IMG/VR virus record: IMGVR_UViG_3300021399_000103
Coordinates: 96,001-160,000 of that record
Origin: a virus
Taxonomy: Duplodnaviria; Caudoviricetes
Reading direction: 5' to 3' (one strand)
Length of the DNA stretch: 64,000 nt
Part shown: positions 8,745-20,146 of the stretch, piece after piece
Numbering within the stretch: the first letter of the stretch is position 1
How the letters are laid out: the number at the start of each line of letters is the position of its first letter
The notes under the pieces: model-generated
Database searches by the model: none
The model's input: only the letters and a program-made list of their open reading frames with translations
Told to the model about the DNA's origin: nothing
Position numbers and translations under genes: made by a program

Positions 8745-11700
8745 ATTCTCCCTGCGCTCTTGTTGATTGAAGTTTTATTTCTGTTCCATCTTTACTAATT
8801 TCTGAAATTTTATATAACTGATGAGCCATTCCTGTATTGGTATATTTTTTAGGTAAGAATGTATCTTCCATTCTAATACCTTGAACAACTATCATATTTC
8901 CTCTATTAAACCAACTTTTTTCAATTACATGCTTAACTCCATCTGCGCCAAGTGCTGAAATCTGCTTATCAAATAACGCAAAATATTCTTTTCTAAATTT
9001 TACATCAACAACGCCATTAGTCGTTAATAAAGTAACAGTTGATCTAACTTTATCTTTTGCTATACAAGTTCCGCAAATTGTGTACAACTGAAATTTTTTC
9101 ATTATATGACCATTTTTTGTTTTAATAGAACTTGTTACTATTGGATAAGTTGGCAAATCATTAAAATTAGAATATCCATATTTTCGCATATCTAATTTTG
9201 CTAATTCATGTTCATGATAATAGAAACATAACACTTCCATTTCCCAAGAAGATAAATTGCCACTCGCATATTTATTCCAATCTTCTATAAAAATTTTATC
9301 ATTTAAGTTTTGTAAAATTTTATCTTTATTTTCAGAAATCCATTTTCTAAATATATCCATCCATTTCTGATAGACTTTATCCCAATCTTTAACTAAAATT
9401 TTATTTCCATCTACAATAAGATTTTCATAATTCATTTCAATTAAGAAATTCATTGCTCTATTGGTTACTTCATAATATGTTTTTGTTGAATTAATACATT
9501 CCTTTTTTAGATATCTATTAAATTCAAAAATTCTACGTGCGGTAACTTGTTCTTCGGTCTCTTCTGGCAATAATCCATGTTTAATTAATCCTGGCATATT
9601 TTGAAGAGTTAATCTTTTTTTCTTATCACAAGTTTCCCAAATATACCAAGCCATAACGAATTTTCTATCTTCCATTTGATCAAATGCTCCACCTTTAATC
9701 AAACTAATCATTGCTTGTTTATTTGGCTTAACTCTTAATAAGAAATCTTTCGGTGATGAATATGGACGATTTTTAATTGTATTTTCAATAACATCATCAC
9801 CAACATTCAACATACTCTTTAATCCAAACAAAATTTGATTATTTTCAATATCTGGTTCAAATCCAAGAGCGGATTTATTTATATCAACAAGACTAACTTT
9901 AATGCCTTCGTTCATAATATCGCCAAGAGCCTTTGCCATTTTTCTATAATCTGTTGAACCACCGCCAATAGAACCGCTATTAACTGTTAAACACGCTGTA
10001 TTCCAATATATCGGATTAAATCTTGTGCCAATATATGCGGTTTGATATCCAATAAATGAATATGCTAATGCATGAATAATACTAAAACTATATCCCATCT
10101 GCGGGCCGACGCCATATTGCCATACATATCGACCAAGCGCAGGAGATTTTGCTCTTTTTAATACCTCTTCTCTTAATGCGGGGATTTTACTCATTTGTTT
10201 CTTACCAACAATTTTTCTCGCACTATTTGCTTCCGCAAGACCAAAACCGCAAATGTTTTCATCCATTAACATTCTCATTAACTGCTCCTGGCTTGGTGGT
10301 ACTCCATAAGATGATAAGAAATATGGCTCTAATGTTTTTTGCTCTTCTGGAGTTAATCCAGCTTTGCGCATTTCCGCATACCATAAACTAATATCTTTTT
10401 TATAACGAACATATTTATCCATTGGCGTTTCCGCGCCACGTTCTGCTGTCATAAGACGCATCAATCCATTCGCATCGGCCAACTCAAGAATTGTCTTTGG
10501 CTGAATCTTTTTTGCGGCTTGCGCTCCAACCATTGAATCAAACTGAAAGATATTGATAACAGTTCCATTTTCAATCGCATCCCAAGCTGGTTTGTAATCT
10601 AATGGCAATACTTCTGGATGGAAATACTTATTATATATTTCTCTTAAACTTAAATCTGATTCAAGTTCACCATTTTCTTGTAACAAATTAATTGCTTCAA
10701 CTAATTTATCTTGAACATCGGTCACCAAGAAATCAAATTTTGTCATACCCATACTTTCGCACATATGAAGATCAAATTGAGTTATAATATCGCCGCCTGG
10801 TGTTTTCATAAAAGCACCGAACTCATATGGATCTTCATCAAAGAAAATTACACCAGAAGCATGAGAACCTCTTTGTTTAATTAATCCTTGGATACCTAAC
10901 ATAATATCAATTAAACCTGGATAATTATTTACTTCATTAACAAATTGAATAACTGGCTGACGTTCCTTCTCAGGATTTCCATACATAACATCCTCTAACG
11001 GCCACACAAAACCACGTTCAGAAGGCACTAATGAAGATAGATATTGTGCTTGATCTACATCAATACCAATTGGATATTCTTCTGAACGATAACCTCTACA
11101 AGCCGTTAAAATCGCACTTTTTGTTGATTCAGTTCCATATGTCGCAATTAACGTACATCCAAGATTTTTTCGAGCTAAATCATCAACATCTTTATTAAAA
11201 TGCTGACCTCTTTCTTCTTTAATTTTTTCAATAATCATTGGACGTTTTGATGGACATAAATCCAAATCAATATCACCTAATTCAATACGTTCTTTATTCA
11301 AATATCTGAAAAATGGAAGATTCCATTTAATTGGATCAAGTTGAGTTACTCCTAATAAGTAATGATTTAACCCTGAGCAAGATGAGCCACGGCCCGCACC
11401 TACCATACTTCCGCAATCCCAAAACATATTAATATAATGCTGAAGAGTTACTGGATAACAAAACATATTAGTTTCAAGTTTTTCACCAATAGTTTTTTTG
11501 ATATCTGCTTCTTCTTCAAGGCGCGCAAGATATACATCATTATATTTATTTAAAGATTGAAGTTTATCCAAACACTCTCTTACCCAGTATCTCTCATATT
11601 TATCGTCAGAAGCGCACATCTGTGATAAGACGGGGTATTTTGTTGAAAATGGTTCTTTACACTCATACTTTTCAAATAAAGGAACTTCTACTCTTGGAAT

Positions 11701-12612
11701 TTGCTGTTTATGTTGAATTGAATAATTTTCAATTTTATTATAAATTTCCATTGAGTTTTCGCATAAAAATTCATAATTTAATTGTGTTGGTTCTAAATGT
11801 TTTCTAATATCTTCTTCTGATTGAAGATAAGCATATTCATAGAATGATGCGACTTCTCTTTCACCATCTTTTGAATTAAGATATGCTTCATGAACATATC
11901 TATCTTCTTTTTTAAGATAATGAGCATCTGTTCCAATAACGATTTTCTTTCCATATGCTCTTGCTATTGAAATCATTCTATTATTTACCGCAATTTGTTC
12001 TGGCGACATGCCTGGCGCAATTTCACAATAAAAATCATCACCAAATAATCTGTGTGTAAAAGTCATAAAAGCATGGATTTTACCTTTTATTTCATTGATG
12101 TTTGTGGCATTTGCTTGTTCTGCTTTAATAAGCTCTAAAATCGTTGAAGATAATTCTCCCCCGATACAAGCACTTGTCGCAATTAAATGACCCTTACCAT
12201 ACTTATTAATTATATTTTCCAATTCAGAATAAAGAGTTGGAACTCTTTCCAATCCTCTATCCATATAACTTTGCATCCAAGAGGTAGATGACAATTCTCT
12301 TAACATGCGCCAACCAGTTTTATCTTTACTAATTAAAATAAAATGATAATACTTTTGATTTTTATCTCTTGTTCCTGTAAGATAAATCTCATTACCAATA
12401 GCAATCTTAAAATTTGGATTCGATTTTTGAATTTCTTGTGCATAAAGATTAATCTCTGGCGCTCCTGCTAATGTTTCATGATCCGTTAACGCGATGCCAG
12501 AAAGACCGAGCTCAATTGCTCGGTTAATCAAATCCTTTGGTTTATTAATACTATCAATAATTCTAAAATTACTATAATGACTATGACTATGAACTTCAAA
12601 ACGAGGAACCAT
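8728..12612 (-). CDS. dnaE: DNA polymerase III alpha subunit
   Basis: PHP motifs HSHSHYS and TDH, GRGS, DIDLD, KFDFL; open with TGG only. Confidence 0.95.
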   Translation of the reverse strand: MVPRFEVHSHSHYSNFRIIDSINKPKDLINRAIELGLSGIALTDHETLAGAPEINLYAQEIQKSNPNFKIAIGNEIYLTGTRDKNQKYYHFILISKDKTGWRMLRELSSTSWMQSYMDRGLERVPTLYSELENIINKYGKGHLIATSACIGGELSSTILELIKAEQANATNINEIKGKIHAFMTFTHRLFGDDFYCEIAPGMSPEQIAVNNRMISIARAYGKKIVIGTDAHYLKKEDRYVHEAYLNSKDGEREVASFYEYAYLQSEEDIRKHLEPTQLNYEFLCENSMEIYNKIENYSIQHKQQIPRVEVPLFEKYECKEPFSTKYPVLSQMCASDDKYERYWVRECLDKLQSLNKYNDVYLARLEEEADIKKTIGEKLETNMFCYPVTLQHYINMFWDCGSMVGAGRGSSCSGLNHYLLGVTQLDPIKWNLPFFRYLNKERIELGDIDLDLCPSKRPMIIEKIKEERGQHFNKDVDDLARKNLGCTLIATYGTESTKSAILTACRGYRSEEYPIGIDVDQAQYLSSLVPSERGFVWPLEDVMYGNPEKERQPVIQFVNEVNNYPGLIDIMLGIQGLIKQRGSHASGVIFFDEDPYEFGAFMKTPGGDIITQFDLHMCESMGMTKFDFLVTDVQDKLVEAINLLQENGELESDLSLREIYNKYFHPEVLPLDYKPAWDAIENGTVINIFQFDSMVGAQAAKKIQPKTILELADANGLMRLMTAERGAETPMDKYVRYKKDISLWYAEMRKAGLTPEEQKTLEPYFLSSYGVPPSQEQLMRMLMDENICGFGLAEANSARKIVGKKQMSKIPALREEVLKRAKSPALGRYVWQYGVGPQMGYSFSIIHALAYSFIGYQTAYIGTRFNPIYWNTACLTVNSGSIGGGSTDYRKMAKALGDIMNEGIKVSLVDINKSALGFEPDIENNQILFGLKSMLNVGDDVIENTIKNRPYSSPKDFLLRVKPNKQAMISLIKGGAFDQMEDRKFVMAWYIWETCDKKKRLTLQNMPGLIKHGLLPEETEEQVTARRIFEFNRYLKKECINSTKTYYEVTNRAMNFLIEMNYENLIVDGNKILVKDWDKVYQKWMDIFRKWISENKDKILQNLNDKIFIEDWNKYASGNLSSWEMEVLCFYYHEHELAKLDMRKYGYSNFNDLPTYPIVTSSIKTKNGHIMKKFQLYTICGTCIAKDKVRSTVTLLTTNGVVDVKFRKEYFALFDKQISALGADGVKHVIEKSWFNRGNMIVVQGIRMEDTFLPKKYTNTGMAHQLYKISEISKDGTEIKLQSTRAQGEYDEED

Positions 12613-12668
12613 ATTTCACCTCTTTCTTTATATTATTATATCATAATTTTATTATATAGTCAAGAGTG

Positions 12669-13877
12669 CTATTTCCGCACAATTACCAGCTTTTCTTTTG
12701 CCCTTGTTACGGCAGTATATAACCAGCGTTTATGCTCATCTCCTCTTGGAAAATCTTCTTCAAAAACCAGCACTTTGTCATATTCAGAGCCTTGAGATTT
12801 ATGTGCGGTAATCGCATATCCATAATCAAATTCATGCGGTTTTAAGTTTCTTGGTATTTTTTTGAAATTTTCTCTATTTACTGTTGGTTGCCATTCAGTA
12901 AATATCTTATAATCCATATTTATTTGATCAAATACACCATCACCATACAATACTTCATCAGAATCTTCAGCGTAATGATCTGGGATAAAATCCGCATACA
13001 TTAACATTGGCATTTGTTTTCTAATTTGCCAAGGAACATTACGATTTTCTTCATAAGATATATTACTTAAATATCCAGTTAAACCATTTACTAATACATC
13101 TCCGGCAGGAGTTATTGAATCCCAGTCATTCCGCAAACAAATGACTTTATCTCCTTCTAATGGAGTTTTAGGATGCTCACCATATATATAATCTCTCATT
13201 AAGTCATTGTAATAATGTCTTGTCGCATTTTTAGCGACAATTACCTGGTCTGCCCATTTTAACATTCCACTTACCAAATCAGATTTATCAATAATTTGGA
13301 CTTCTTTTCCAGAGAATTTTTGTAATTTTTTTCCAGCTCTAATATCCATAGAGACCTGAATAATCTCTGACTCTTGCGCCTGACGCATTATTTCATCAAG
13401 AAATACATGCGGTTTCTGTAAAACTCCATTATCATCTGTTAATGGGGGAAGCTGTCCAGGATCACCGAGCGCAATTACATATATTTTATGACTTAGCAAT
13501 AATTCCCACATTTCTTTTGGTAACATGGATACTTCATCAACTACAATAAGTTTATACGGATATTCAAGTGGACGTCTTGGCATATGGAAGAAAGAACCAT
13601 CAGCACGAGGATATGATTGATATAACAATTTATGTGCGGTCATAGCATTTAGATTGCCTTTTTCTTTTAATACAAGGGCAGCTTTACCTGTATATGCTAT
13701 AAAACAGACATCGTATGGAGCGATGCCTAATGCTTGAATTATAAATTTCACAAGTGTACTTTTCCCTGATCCCGCATATCCAGAAATTACAGTATATTGC
13801 TTATGCGTTCTATATCTATTTATTGCTATTTCAAGTCCTTTTTCTTGCTTTTCTGTTAAAATTATATTATCATTCAT
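12669..13877 (-). CDS. RecD/Dda-like SF1 helicase
   Basis: GYAGSGKS, DEVSM, GDPGQLPP, YAITAHKSQGSE, YTAVTRA. Confidence 0.92.
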   Translation of the reverse strand: MNDNIILTEKQEKGLEIAINRYRTHKQYTVISGYAGSGKSTLVKFIIQALGIAPYDVCFIAYTGKAALVLKEKGNLNAMTAHKLLYQSYPRADGSFFHMPRRPLEYPYKLIVVDEVSMLPKEMWELLLSHKIYVIALGDPGQLPPLTDDNGVLQKPHVFLDEIMRQAQESEIIQVSMDIRAGKKLQKFSGKEVQIIDKSDLVSGMLKWADQVIVAKNATRHYYNDLMRDYIYGEHPKTPLEGDKVICLRNDWDSITPAGDVLVNGLTGYLSNISYEENRNVPWQIRKQMPMLMYADFIPDHYAEDSDEVLYGDGVFDQINMDYKIFTEWQPTVNRENFKKIPRNLKPHEFDYGYAITAHKSQGSEYDKVLVFEEDFPRGDEHKRWLYTAVTRAKEKLVIVRK

Positions 13878-14127
13878 TCTTTATCCTTTCGGCACGATGA
13901 AAATGCCATTCCCCATTTTCATCGTGCCTTATACCTTCAGTATCTAAATCATACCATTCAATTTTATTATTAACATAATCTTTAATACATTTAAGACATT
14001 TTTTTTCTTCCCAAATACAATTCCATCCACATCCACCAAAAGGATCGCCAGTGGCAAGCAATCCTTTCTCTAATATTTCTTTTATAAAAGGTATTGATTC
14101 TTTATAACAAGTTATTCTCATTTCCAT
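13870..14127 (-). CDS. Hypothetical protein ending in TGA-TAA
   Basis: ORF track, GAGG RBS. Confidence 0.6.
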   Translation of the reverse strand: MEMRITCYKESIPFIKEILEKGLLATGDPFGGCGWNCIWEEKKCLKCIKDYVNNKIEWYDLDTEGIRHDENGEWHFHRAERIKNE

Positions 14128-14169
14128 TTTTTTGCCTCTCTTTCTTATATGTATATTATATCATATTAT

Positions 14170-14472
14170 TTATTTATTTTCAATATTATCATCATTTGAT
14201 CCACACATACAAGTACTTGTTGTATAATATGGTTCTGTCCACCATGGATAATATGGATAGACTGGTTGTGGAATATAATGAGTACAAAGTTCTCCTGTTT
14301 TGTCGCATCTTCCGCAGGGGAGATAATATTTACAACCTGCTAAACTGGAATAATTAATGGTAGTATTACTACTTGTTCCTGTTGTTGTAGTGAAATTATT
14401 TGGATTATCACCAATTTTAGTAGACTGCGTGTCTGTTGTAAATTTTAAATTAGTATTAGTTGTTTTCGCCAT
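14170..14472 (-). CDS. Hypothetical Thr/Cys-rich protein
   Basis: GGAGG RBS before MAKTT. Confidence 0.6.
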   Translation of the reverse strand: MAKTTNTNLKFTTDTQSTKIGDNPNNFTTTTGTSSNTTINYSSLAGCKYYLPCGRCDKTGELCTHYIPQPVYPYYPWWTEPYYTTSTCMCGSNDDNIENK

Positions 14473-14563
14473 ATTTACCTCCAAAATTTCCTAAAGGATT
14501 TTTTAATCAGGTTGTCGGCGCGCACATCCACTGCCGGCCGGTCCTGCTCTTTCAACTTTCAAA

Positions 14564-16303
14564 TTAGAAATAATACTCTTGTTTGCGCACGATATTATAA
14601 TCTTCCATAATGATTTGCGGCCCATTATCCCATCCAGTATTTCTCATACATCTACCAACAACATCAATAATTACACAACCTTCACCAGGGTAAAGCGCAT
14701 CAAACTCATCTTGGGAACTCTTAAACTTGACAATAGAAATATTTTCTGGTAGGCTAATTTTAAGAGTTGATCCAAATAAATTGATATTATCTTTTGTAAT
14801 TGAAACATTTTTAATAGCAACTAATGGTTCATCTACTCCTTGTCCCCAAATGTTTTCTGCGTCTGCTAATTCTAAAATATCGGCAGCATCAATTTTATTT
14901 GCCAGAAACTCAACATCAACATTATATGTCAATGAAAAATCACAATCTTTTAATAATCCATTACTATAAGCTAAAAATGCGTCTACATTAGAATCTGGGA
15001 TCGCTAATCCTAAAGCATTATCATGCCCCTGAGCCAGAGTAAAGTATCCACTATCCTGGGCTAATTGCTGTAATGATTCAACTCCGGCCGCAGGATTATT
15101 TCTACCAGAACCAGCCCAAGTTAATTCACCAGTTTCATCATCAAAAGTCTTATTTAATAACATAACGGGATGTCCATAAGCAGACATTAGCTTATTTGCT
15201 ATTAATCCAGTAATTGATTTACTATCTTCTGTTGGCTCTTCTAATTTAATAAATAAGATTTTATTATCCAAGAGATGATCTGATTTAATTTGGAAATCAA
15301 TATTTTCTACAAGAGCATCTCTTGTTTTATTTTGTCTATTTTTTACATTATTACATATGCGGCAAGCTTGTTCTACAACAGTTTCTGTATCTCCAACTTT
15401 ATGACCTCTTTTAGTAGAGGGAACAAGCGTATAAGCCTTATGATTTAGAAATGCTTCAAATAAGATTTCTTTTTCTTTTGCGGTGCCTACTCTTGTGACA
15501 GCATTAACCGCCGGTGCGATATACCAAGCGACACCAGTTGGAGTGACTTTTCCTTTCAAAGAATACTCATTTTTAGCTACCATTGCTTTAATAAAAGGAT
15601 TCTCAATGTTGCTTAAACCCTTATCAATTAAACGTCTTGTTTCATAATCTTTTAATTCCATTACATCGGCAATTATACCAAGCGCCGCAATATCTAACAT
15701 ATCAGTGGCATAAGTATTGTCACCTAATTTATCTAAATAAGAACAAAATTTATAAACCATTCCAACACCGCTTAAAGATTTAGTAGGATAATTTTCATCA
15801 AGTTGGTTATTGATAACAATAGCATCTTCTGAAAGGTAATCTGCGTTATGGTGATCAATAACAATTAAATCAATATTATGTTCTTTTAATGTCTTATGAT
15901 ATGCGTATTCATTACTACCAGCATCTGGACATATAACTAATTGCGGTTTTGCTGTTAAAATTTGATCCATTAACAATCCATGACCCTTATCTTTATGCAT
16001 CCCCCATGCGATATGCGCAGTAGAAAAACCTGGAAATGCAGAATATAAATAATTGATCATAAAAGCAGCACTTGTGTATCCATCACAATCGCTATCTACA
16101 TTTACAAATATGTCATGCTCTGCCGCAATATGAGTTATTAAACAGCGTGCGGCCGCACTTACATTTTGAATGGTTTCTGGTGGGATAATATCATTGTCTG
16201 TTGTATTCAAATAATGTTGAGGATCTGTAATTCCTCTATTTTTCAAAACTCTATATAAAGCAGAATCTTGTGTATTTTCTTCATTTATTAACTTATATTG
16301 CAT
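14564..16303 (-). CDS. recJ: RecJ-like ssDNA exonuclease (DHH family)
   Basis: DSDCDG, DHH, LSGVG, GSGR, GHDNA. Confidence 0.92.
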   Translation of the reverse strand: MQYKLINEENTQDSALYRVLKNRGITDPQHYLNTTDNDIIPPETIQNVSAAARCLITHIAAEHDIFVNVDSDCDGYTSAAFMINYLYSAFPGFSTAHIAWGMHKDKGHGLLMDQILTAKPQLVICPDAGSNEYAYHKTLKEHNIDLIVIDHHNADYLSEDAIVINNQLDENYPTKSLSGVGMVYKFCSYLDKLGDNTYATDMLDIAALGIIADVMELKDYETRRLIDKGLSNIENPFIKAMVAKNEYSLKGKVTPTGVAWYIAPAVNAVTRVGTAKEKEILFEAFLNHKAYTLVPSTKRGHKVGDTETVVEQACRICNNVKNRQNKTRDALVENIDFQIKSDHLLDNKILFIKLEEPTEDSKSITGLIANKLMSAYGHPVMLLNKTFDDETGELTWAGSGRNNPAAGVESLQQLAQDSGYFTLAQGHDNALGLAIPDSNVDAFLAYSNGLLKDCDFSLTYNVDVEFLANKIDAADILELADAENIWGQGVDEPLVAIKNVSITKDNINLFGSTLKISLPENISIVKFKSSQDEFDALYPGEGCVIIDVVGRCMRNTGWDNGPQIIMEDYNIVRKQEYYF

Positions 16304-17418
16304 TATAATATAATCCTTTCTTTAAATAACTGTAAAAACTTTTCCTTATTTTCATCTATTGGACTTGCTTTATATCCAGTTATCATATGTTTATCAAATA
16401 TAAAACTTATTTTTACATAATTTCCATATTTATTATACAATTTTTTCAAATTCTTAGTCAATTTTTTGAATTCATCATCACCTATATCTTGGAATTGTCT
16501 GTCTAATGCCACAACAATTTCTTTAACTCCTAATTCAGTTAAAAGATTCATCTGGTAACCAGAAATATTACTACCACAACAAGCTACAGAAATATCATTC
16601 TCATGACCAAAATAAGTTTGATATAAAAGACATGATTTTTCGCCTTCAAATATTATGGCACGACCTGCAGTCGCAATATTTTTAGCAGAATTATTTAAGT
16701 TATATAAGTTCATTCCAAGAGGGTGATTATACATTTTTTTATTTATAATTAAAGGGCGATATTTTCCATACATTTCCGCATCTTCTTTTGCTAAGGCGCG
16801 GCCACGGATACCAACTAAACGATTGTTTTTATCAAAATGCGGGATTGTTATTTGATTTCCTCCTGGAAAATAACCTATTTTATTATAATCTAAAACTTCT
16901 TGTGAAATATTTTCTTTTAACCATGGAAGTATTTTCAAATCATAATTAAATATATTTAATATATCTTTTTCATATGATTGAAGTTTTACATTATATTGTT
17001 TGATTTCAATTTGTTTAATTCGATCATAATTACTAAATATAGACCAATCTTCTAATTGCTTATCATCTTCATCTAAAACGAATGAGCCAGCGATGCCAAA
17101 TCTAAAAGCAATTAACCTAATAGCGTCATTTAATGTGATCTTTTGGTTTTTTTGAATTTCATAAACTTTAATACATAATTCAAATATATCAAATGAATCA
17201 TCTCCACCAGTATAAGATTTAAACAATCCACTATTTTCATAGAAATAGAGTTTGCGGCTCCCGACTCCAGGCGGATTGTGGTCTATTGTTTCTGCAAGAA
17301 TCCCAAAACTGGCATATTGCGGATCTCCTCCCCATTCAAGAAGGAGATCAAATATGTCGTTAATAGTTAAACTATCTCTAATTTCTTGTTTATCATAGTT
17401 AATCATCAAATGCTCCAC
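16303..17418 (-). CDS. Phage DNA primase (TOPRIM); start may be the internal Met of MINYD
   Basis: IFEGEKS, VALD; adjacent to the helicase. Confidence 0.85.
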   Translation of the reverse strand: MEHLMINYDKQEIRDSLTINDIFDLLLEWGGDPQYASFGILAETIDHNPPGVGSRKLYFYENSGLFKSYTGGDDSFDIFELCIKVYEIQKNQKITLNDAIRLIAFRFGIAGSFVLDEDDKQLEDWSIFSNYDRIKQIEIKQYNVKLQSYEKDILNIFNYDLKILPWLKENISQEVLDYNKIGYFPGGNQITIPHFDKNNRLVGIRGRALAKEDAEMYGKYRPLIINKKMYNHPLGMNLYNLNNSAKNIATAGRAIIFEGEKSCLLYQTYFGHENDISVACCGSNISGYQMNLLTELGVKEIVVALDRQFQDIGDDEFKKLTKNLKKLYNKYGNYVKISFIFDKHMITGYKASPIDENKEKFLQLFKERIIL

Positions 17419-18940
17419 GTTCTACTTTAATTTGATAATCATCCATTTCTATTAACTGATATCGCCAATCGGTAGCAAACATTGGATTGATTCTACAAGT
17501 ACCAAGATCTGCTTTACACCAAAGATAAATTCCTTTATATTGACCTCTACGGTTCTTATAAACAGATAATTTTAAGTCTGGTTTTTCATATATATTTTGC
17601 TTTAATAGATTTTCTAATGAATCCAAATCTTTTTGACCAACAGGTAATAAGATACTACCATAGTCAATTTTATCTGCAATCGCCTTAGCTCCACGAAGCA
17701 AGTTCTGATCAGGAGTTTCTGATTCTTGATAATCTGCATTTAACTGAGTTGCTGACTCAATAAAAATACCATATTTATTACATAAATCTTTTAATCTAAT
17801 TGATAACATAAATAATACATTATCTTCTCTTAGTTTAACACCACCAGAGCGACGAGTAACTTCTTCTAAAATCTTCATTGATGTATGAATATAATCATGG
17901 AAGATATATTTTACATTATGTTCTCTTATACCTTTTTTAATTCTATCTTCAACATCTTGAAGAGAAAAATCTGGCAGTTCTTCAACATATATTGGAGATC
18001 TTTTTAAGATCTCAGCAGCCTTTCTTACTCTTTCTATTTCATCGCCTTCATATTGATTATTGATAATATGCTCTTCATTTACTGAAGATAAGAAAGCTAG
18101 CATCATTGTCTGAATTTCTTCTAACTCTTGCTCTGTTGAAATATATAAACAAGGTTCTGCGATTCCATTACCGATCCAACCCAACATATCATCATAAATC
18201 ATATCTGCGCCAATATAACAGCAATCGGCAATCATTGAACGAGACTTACCTACGCCAGTAGGAGCAGAACGCAAATAAAACTTTTTAAGTCTTGCGCCAC
18301 GAGTGACTCTATTAATAAATTTGCCATATAAAGGAGAACCTACTTCTGGATATGTCATCAATCTATCTATTAAAGCATCAATACCTTCACCAGCTTGATG
18401 AGTATTTCCAAAAGTATCACTAACACACTCTAAACGAATTGCGTCTACAATAGCATCTACTTTATCAGCAATTTGAGTAAGACTCATATTATCTAACTGT
18501 TCTTCTTGAAGTTGTAATTTTTTAGTATCAATTTCATCTGGATTATAAATAAAATTAACATCAATACCATATGAATCATATGCTCTTAAAAGAGTCATTT
18601 TTTTCATTCTGTTATAATAAAAATCAAAAGCAGATGGAATAGCTTTTTCCGCAATAGTTTTTAACCATTCCTCACCTTTATTTACAGTAAAGATAGCCTC
18701 GCTTTTTGGTTTGGTAGATAAAAAATCGCAGATACTTTCTATTGAAATTGATTCTGCGCCAAGCTCATATACTTTATAAATTGCGCCAAATACAATTTTA
18801 TGAAAATCTGAAACAAAATCCTCTTCTGTAATTACATATTTATCAGTTTCATCAAGTAATTGCGGTTTTATAAATACGCTACCTATAACTTGAACTATTG
18901 CGACAGTGTCTAAATATTTTGAACTACCCATATTATTCAT
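17399..18940 (-). CDS. DnaB-like replicative helicase
   Basis: APTGVGKS, ISTE, HDY, ATQLN, KNR. Confidence 0.9.
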   Translation of the reverse strand: MNNMGSSKYLDTVAIVQVIGSVFIKPQLLDETDKYVITEEDFVSDFHKIVFGAIYKVYELGAESISIESICDFLSTKPKSEAIFTVNKGEEWLKTIAEKAIPSAFDFYYNRMKKMTLLRAYDSYGIDVNFIYNPDEIDTKKLQLQEEQLDNMSLTQIADKVDAIVDAIRLECVSDTFGNTHQAGEGIDALIDRLMTYPEVGSPLYGKFINRVTRGARLKKFYLRSAPTGVGKSRSMIADCCYIGADMIYDDMLGWIGNGIAEPCLYISTEQELEEIQTMMLAFLSSVNEEHIINNQYEGDEIERVRKAAEILKRSPIYVEELPDFSLQDVEDRIKKGIREHNVKYIFHDYIHTSMKILEEVTRRSGGVKLREDNVLFMLSIRLKDLCNKYGIFIESATQLNADYQESETPDQNLLRGAKAIADKIDYGSILLPVGQKDLDSLENLLKQNIYEKPDLKLSVYKNRRGQYKGIYLWCKADLGTCRINPMFATDWRYQLIEMDDYQIKVERGAFDD

Positions 18941-19571
18941 CCTCCTCTACAAATTTCCATTTTAGAGGTTCTTTTGTAATGGGATGTTTACCGGCAGAAA
19001 TTCTCTTTCCTCTACAAACTTGACCGATATTACTTAATGGTTTTAGACCACACCATTGCTCCGCTTCTGTTATACTATTAAATATTACACCGGTATTTAA
19101 ACAAATAACTTTTTTCTTCTTTTTTTCACTCATTTTTTGTTTTTCTTCTTCAGTATGTAATCTAAAATGTTTTCCTTTATTATTTAAACTACATTTTTGT
19201 TTTGACAACTCTGTTGGTTTATAACCTAAATGAGATTCTCTTAATTTTTGTTTTGTTTCTTCTGAAACGGGCGCATTATTTCCACCATAAGTTAAATTAT
19301 ATCCATTATTAACGGTATTATAATAATTTATATAATATGCTTCCCAATAGTTTGCTTCATCTAATGTTAAATGAGATTTTAAAATTTTGTGTTCAAAATT
19401 ATCCCATCCATACTTTTTAATTGCTTCAAAAAATTTTGGACTTCGTTTATATCCAAATCCATTTTGCCATCTTCTATCTAAAGGTTGAGATGTTTGACCA
19501 ACATATATTTTTCCGTTTATTTTATTTTTATGTGAATAAACTATATATTCTAATTTACTTGCCATCAACAT
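18933..19571 (-). mobile_element. Free-standing GIY-YIG homing endonuclease with NUMOD-type DNA-binding repeats
   Basis: VYSH..IYVGQT, GYN, SEETKQKL; inserted in the replication operon. Confidence 0.85.
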
Positions 19572-20085
19572 CCTCCTCGTCTAAAAATGTAAATACTTTG
19601 CGGCGGTGCATTTTTCGCACCGGTTCGGGGATTTTAATTTCTATAATCTTAGGCTCATATCGTTCTAAAATTTTGGCTTCATTATTTTGATTTGCTAACC
19701 AAATAGAATACCAATAATTATAAGCCTGATCATACATATATGGGACAATTCCAATAGAACCATTACCTTTTTCTATTGGTTCTTTTTTTATTTCATATAC
19801 ATATTTCATTGTTCTTTCTATACCAGAAAAAGAAAAACCATTCTTTTCATGATATGATTTTGCTAATTTTAATGTTTGACTATAATTAAATAATCTACCA
19901 TATAATTTGGCGCAATATTGCATTAAATGGTCTAAATCTTTTTCTTCTTGCGTTTTTGCGGCTTCTCGCTCATCATAGCACTTTTTATGCGCATACCAGG
20001 TTTTACCGTGCTTTTCAACGGGCTCTGTGTCTGCGTCAAAGCGTTCACCGCATATTCTACATTTTACATAATGAGCCATATACAC
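19555..20085 (-). CDS. Zn-finger replication-associated protein, possibly a helicase loader
   Basis: CxxC..HxxC; position upstream of the helicase. Confidence 0.55.
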   Translation of the reverse strand: MYMAHYVKCRICGERFDADTEPVEKHGKTWYAHKKCYDEREAAKTQEEKDLDHLMQYCAKLYGRLFNYSQTLKLAKSYHEKNGFSFSGIERTMKYVYEIKKEPIEKGNGSIGIVPYMYDQAYNYWYSIWLANQNNEAKILERYEPKIIEIKIPEPVRKMHRRKVFTFLDEEDVDGK

Positions 20086-20146
20086 AACTCCTTTATATTA
20101 TTATACCATAATAAAATAAAAAAGTCAAGCCTACGCTTGACCTTCT